A stretch of DNA of 64,000 nt from Chrysomallon squamiferum (taxonomy: Eukaryota; Animalia; Mollusca), in assembly GCA_012295275.1 (NCBI GenBank), contig CM022676.1:8122001-8186000 (forward strand), given 5' to 3'. Of the stretch, positions 56,865 to 64,000 are shown in pieces. Each line of letters starts with the position of its first letter. Position 1 is the stretch's first letter. The notes under the pieces are model-generated. The model saw only the letters and a list, made by a program, of their open reading frames with translations, was not told the origin of the DNA and ran no database searches. A program made the translations under genes and the position numbers.

Positions 56865-57609
56865 TGTAGTTCAAAGTTAATTTTAGATCAGAGATGTATT
56901 TAAAGGTTAACTTTAAAGCAGATATATGTATTTGAAGGTTAACTTTAAGGCAGATATATGTATTTCAAATTTTTTTTTTTATTATTCAGATACGTATTTT
57001 AATCAGTTTCAATTTTCCATATTGTATTTAAAGGTCTCTCTCTCTGTCTACTTTTACAATTTAACTGATGTTTTTCACAACAGATCTAAGTATTGCATGA
57101 ATTTATCACGTAACACTAATTAAACACACTTATTCCATCGTCATTTCCAACATAAGGATAATAACAATAACAAAAAATAATTAACACTAACAATAAAACC
57201 TCACTTATTGTATGTGACATTGAAAAAACGTGGATATACATTATATCTCTCTCTAATTTCTTTTATTCATTTGTTAATGTTAATTATAAATAACTCCTTT
57301 CACATTGTTTAAATGTGTAAGAAACTGTTAAAATATTAAATATATACTGTTGAATTTTAAATATATATATTTTAATATCGTATGTTATTTCTAACTAATA
57401 ATTAATACAAAGATACTATTTTGTTTATGCAGTTTCATCTCTAGTCAGGCTCGATTGCTGAGAATTCAGTTATAACCGCATTCAAATTATATACACATTT
57501 ATAGACATTTACATACATACCTACCTACCATCTACATACATACATACATACGTACATTATCTATGTGTGTGTGTGTGTGTGTGTATATATATAACCTACC
57601 ATCTACATC

Positions 57610-57642
<33 letters not shown>

Positions 57643-57662
57643 CTCTTGTGTATATATCTATC

Positions 57663-57698
<36 letters not shown>

Positions 57699-57807
57699 TA
57701 TACACACACCCACACACATACACATATATAAAATACACATTCAGATATACATACATCTATACATACATACAAACACACATGCACACCTTCTCTTTAAGGT
57801 TCTTTTG

Positions 57808-57972
57808 ATGGCCCATCGGTAACGTCAGAACGTTTGGGTAGAGGGCGAATTGGTGCCATACGTTCGAGTCTCGTCAGCGGCATCTGACGGGGTTTGTGAG
57901 GTCGTGATTGTATTTCGCCCTCCTGCACCAGTGCTTTACTGAATATTGTCTAAGTGCAGAGTCTAATCAGAC
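57808..57972 (+). mobile_element. tRNA-derived SINE, copy 2, ~340 bp upstream of PAN gene B
   Basis: A-box-like tggcccatcgg and B-box-like gttcgagtc; homologous to 46516-46667; absent from the opposite palindrome arm. Confidence 0.75.
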
Positions 57973-58309
57973 GTAAATAATACAGATGATGTTCAATCTC
58001 CGCAAAACACATACATTCTTATTTATGCACACACCTTTGTATAAATATTTTATATCAAAGTACGGTTTTCAAATATTATTATTATTATTATTAATTTCTG
58101 CTACGCTTCGATGATAACAGTGGTAAATGGCCTATGCATGATTGCACATCTATTAACGCTCAGTCCTCTTTGTTTATGGAGTAACCAAACATCCCCAGCT
58201 AGTAAATAAATTAACAGTCAATATTTAAAACGTGCTGAGAGAAATCATAAGATTACATGTAAAGTAAATCTGTGCAGGTATTGAACACAGAGTATATGTT
58301 ACAGAGATC

Positions 58310-60397
<2,088 letters not shown>

Positions 60398-60399
<2 letters not shown>

Positions 60400-60915
60400 A
60401 ATACGTTTCTAAACTTTGAATTAACCCTGCACTTCGAAAAACGTTTCTGACTTACTGTGTACAATGAAATACGTCTATGAATTTACCAGCACTTCGAAAT
60501 ACGTCTTAGACTTACTGTGAACAATGAAATACGTCTATGAATTACTGTGAACAATGAAATACGTCTATGAATCTATCTGCACTTCGAAATACGTCTCTGA
60601 CTTACTGTGAACAACGAAATACGTCTATGAATTAACCCTGCACTTCGAAATACGTCTCTGACTTACTGTGAACAACGAAATACGTCTATGAATTTACCAG
60701 CACTTCGAAATATGTCTCTGACTTACTGTGAATAATGAAATACGTCTATGAATCTACCTGCACTTTGAAAAACGTCTCTGACTTACTGTGAACAATGAAA
60801 TACGTCTATGAATTTATCTGCACTTCGAAATACGTTTTTGAATTAACGTGAACTATGAAATACTAACAATTAATCTGAACTTTGAAATACTATTTGACTT
60901 CGAGTGAACTTCGAA
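60398..60915. repeat. Minisatellite (~30-bp monomers forming ~60-bp dimers) in the 3' UTR of PAN gene B
   Basis: Alternating gaaatacgtctctgacttactgtgaacaat and gaaatacgtctatgaatttaccagcacttc units starting at the stop codon. Confidence 0.85.
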
Positions 60916-61440
60916 ATATATATCTGGATAAACCTGATAGTTCGTACATTTCAAAGTCTACAAATACTAAAACAAAAGATCCACAGATCTTTTACCTCTG
61001 TCAGTAAATATTTAAAATAAAAAAATGAAGAAAACATATTTTTATGGGGTTTTTTTGTATTTCTCTTGTTATATTTTGCATAATTACACACACACAGACA
61101 CACATACATACATACACACAACCATTCACATACACAAACAAACACGCAGACACACAAACAGATATACACACACACTTCACAGTACATGGCTTCACGGATA
61201 TAGATACAAACTTGGATATAGATATATAGGTAGATATGCAGACATGTTCAGACAGAGTGTTGCACATGATATCGCGGCAATTATATTTATATTTATGTAG
61301 ATTGTGTTTTGTGTTACATGTTTATGTGGGATTTCTTGTGTTTATTTGTGCGTCTTCTTGTTTTGTGTCTGTGTGTATGTTTTCGTGTATGGATGCCGTG
61401 TGCGTGTATATATGTGTGTATGAGTTTGTATGTGTGTCTC

Positions 61441-61475
<35 letters not shown>

Positions 61476-62170
61476 TGTAGGGTATGTTTTTTGTATATAT
61501 ATATTTGTGTTTGTAAATTAACGTATTATCCGTTAGAAAACCTTTAAATGTTGACAGACAAATGACGTTGAGAAATCCGGAGTTTGTTTATGTGAGGCTG
61601 TTTAAATGACTAAAGCCGTGATGTAAGAAATAGTGTATGAACAATGTTTCGGAAACACACAACAATATGGCCCATACCACTAACTACTTAAGATTAAATC
61701 TCCCTTTTGTTTGTTTGTGGGGTTTTTTGTTGTTGTTTTTGTTGTTGTTTTTTTTGTTGGTTTTTTTCACAATACACGGTAACATGCTTGCAATGAATAC
61801 AAACGTAAGACATCAAATTTTTCATTCATGCAGTTTTTATTCAGAATGAATCAAGCGTTCAAAAGTCAGAAAAAAATTGATCAAAACACCATGGCGGATC
61901 AAAAGAATGGAAGCTTTGAAGTACTTTGAAACACGCATATTAAAACGACAGTCGATAGGGTTAGATCATCTGGAAATCTTCAGTGAAAGGAAAAATGTAA
62001 TTTTTTATTTCTACAGTCACATTGTACTGAAACATCTAGCGATACCGCCACGCTTTCAAGCCTTGAAATGCTGTATTATTAATTAACAGCATCTTCACTG
62101 AATTAAAGTCAATACGTAAACTAGAAATTATACGTGTGTGCGAGTGTGTGTGCTACTGCTATTATTACTA

Positions 62171-62221
<51 letters not shown>

Positions 62222-63482
62222 TGTTTTCATTCAAAGCGTGTATCTAGCAGTGCGTGAGTCAGATTACGTACATAAAGTATTCTATACCTTGATTTCTATC
62301 TGTTTAATACGTTTTGAATCTTGGTTTGATTTCGATCATCCGACCGTAGATGCTGTAACTTAATTATGCATAACTACACGCAAGAAGCGGAAGGGTAAAT
62401 TAAATAAAATCGCCATCTTTCAGAATTGTACGCTAATTATCTGTTAGATGAGACCATTGACGTGTGTACATATATGTACGTATACACACAAACATACAAA
62501 CACACAGACATACACACAAATATACACACAAACTTACATATATATAAACAAGTATACACACAAACGTAATATACATGCATGAATGCACTTTTTTGTGCAA
62601 TTTCCTAAGACAAAAGATAAAATAGAGAAAGGCCACAGGAATATACGTGTGTGTGTGCGTGTGTGGGCGTGTGCGTGTGCGCGCACACAACAACTGAACG
62701 CTGCCATTTTATCTTTTCGTAACTGGAGTCGTGACGTCATTGTGTGTTTGGCAGACTGTTAGCTGCATTTGTAACAATAATAATAATAATAATAAAAATA
62801 ATAATAATAATAAAAAATAATAATAATAATAAATATATAAATAAATAGATAAATAAATAAATAAAAATTACATATCTTAAGCAACGCTGGTACTGCCATA
62901 AACAGCTCCGTTAAAATCTGTCTTGTAAAATCACTGGAGGATCACTTACAGAACAGTAATCTTTTTTTTTTTTTTCTTCAGATAATAAATTCGTTTGAAG
63001 TGATAAATTAGAAGATCTGAAATGTTAATGTTTAGAGTGTGGGGTGTCATCTTCATCTTTCAGCAGTTTTCTTCATTTTTTTGACTTACACTCTTAGTGC
63101 TAGTATGAGCTGCACCTTCTTTATTATGTATCAAAAATGAGTACTCCCTAGTCCTGACACCCTGGCTCAAAGCACTTTACGATGTGAGTACTTCTGAGAT
63201 AAAAACTGGACGGACGATGAATTATAATGTAGTAACAGTAGTAACAAAAGTTAATGTTGTTCTGACGTGACTCGATCAGAAGCTGAATTTCACTTCGATC
63301 CGATTTAAGAATTGACTTTTGAGAAGATGTTTCTGAGAACCTGTTTGAATGTGGTGAGTGGACTTTATGAAGCAAATGTCAAACCATAGAAGAGAATGAA
63401 TAAAAGGAAAGGTGCACCGAATAACCTGCTATTATTTACTACGTATGTAGTACACTTTATAAAGTTTCAAACATATCAAGCC

Positions 63483-64000
63483 TAACACTAATGAAACACA
63501 CTTATTCCATCGTCATTTCCAACATAAAGATAATACAATACAATAATAATTAATATTAACAATAAAACCTTGCTTACTGTATGGAGACATTGAAGAAACA
63601 TATATACGCATACATATACACACAGTTCCTATTATATTGGTTTCACTGTATACTATTGTTTTGTATTAATTTCATAGATTAATGTAAAATAGTTCTTTAA
63701 ATACAAAATGAAAAACAAAACTGAATAAAATATGAACCTGAAAAAAAAAAATAATAATAAAAAAAGTAAATACGTATATCTGCCTTAAAGTTAATCTTCG
63801 GATTTCAAATGCTATTTTCTTTCATATAATTATTTCATTTCTTAATCTTCGTAATCAGTAACTCCTTTTATATTGTCTGAATGTGTAACAAACTGTTATG
63901 AATTATAAATATATGTTTTACATACATCATAGAAACTTTTACAATTGCACGTAACTTTCTATCCTTTCATTCTTCTACGCTCAGATGATAACAATGATAA
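63483..64000 (+). repeat. Direct-repeat copy of the region upstream of PAN gene B
   Basis: 63483-63600 matches 57111-57230; 63830-63915 matches 57265-57365; 63966-64000 matches 58095-58126. Confidence 0.75.

Noticed and set aside
62870-63420. Possible minus-strand exons (gtaag donors at ~62949 and ~63090; ORF 63375-63148)
   Set aside because: No coherent reading frame or recognisable product.

Overview
AT-rich, microsatellite-dense, intron-containing animal genomic DNA; a lophotrochozoan/mollusc origin is an inference from gene content and repeats. Gene models were built by hand from GT-AG junctions and frame continuity. The window holds: (1) the last coding exon of a USP2/USP21-like deubiquitinase (+, 232-334); (2) a BBX HMG-box gene (-, ~29209-18694) with apparent frameshifts at two places and an 849-bp Buster-type hAT element with an 8-bp TSD in its last intron; (3) head-to-head with BBX, a 1035-aa, 24-finger C2H2 zinc-finger gene (+, 36583-42266); (4) a 6-exon, 262-aa secreted Hedgehog-related Hog/Hint gene (+, 48211-52033); and (5) a ~10-kb imperfect palindrome (~52115-62470) carrying two divergent PAN-EB-PAN genes. 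The Hint gene's N-terminal cargo is an unrecognised 8-Cys mini-domain. Its Hint domain has Lys where Hedgehog has the cholesterol-activating Asp, and an intein-like Asn where Hedgehog has its second Cys. The two PAN-EB-PAN paralogs are nearly identical in exons 1-2 but only ~58% identical in the last PAN exon, and the upstream region of a likely third paralog sits at the window end. The best candidates for an undescribed system are the Hint gene and the palindromic PAN family. Most ORFs in the supplied track are microsatellite or antisense artefacts.
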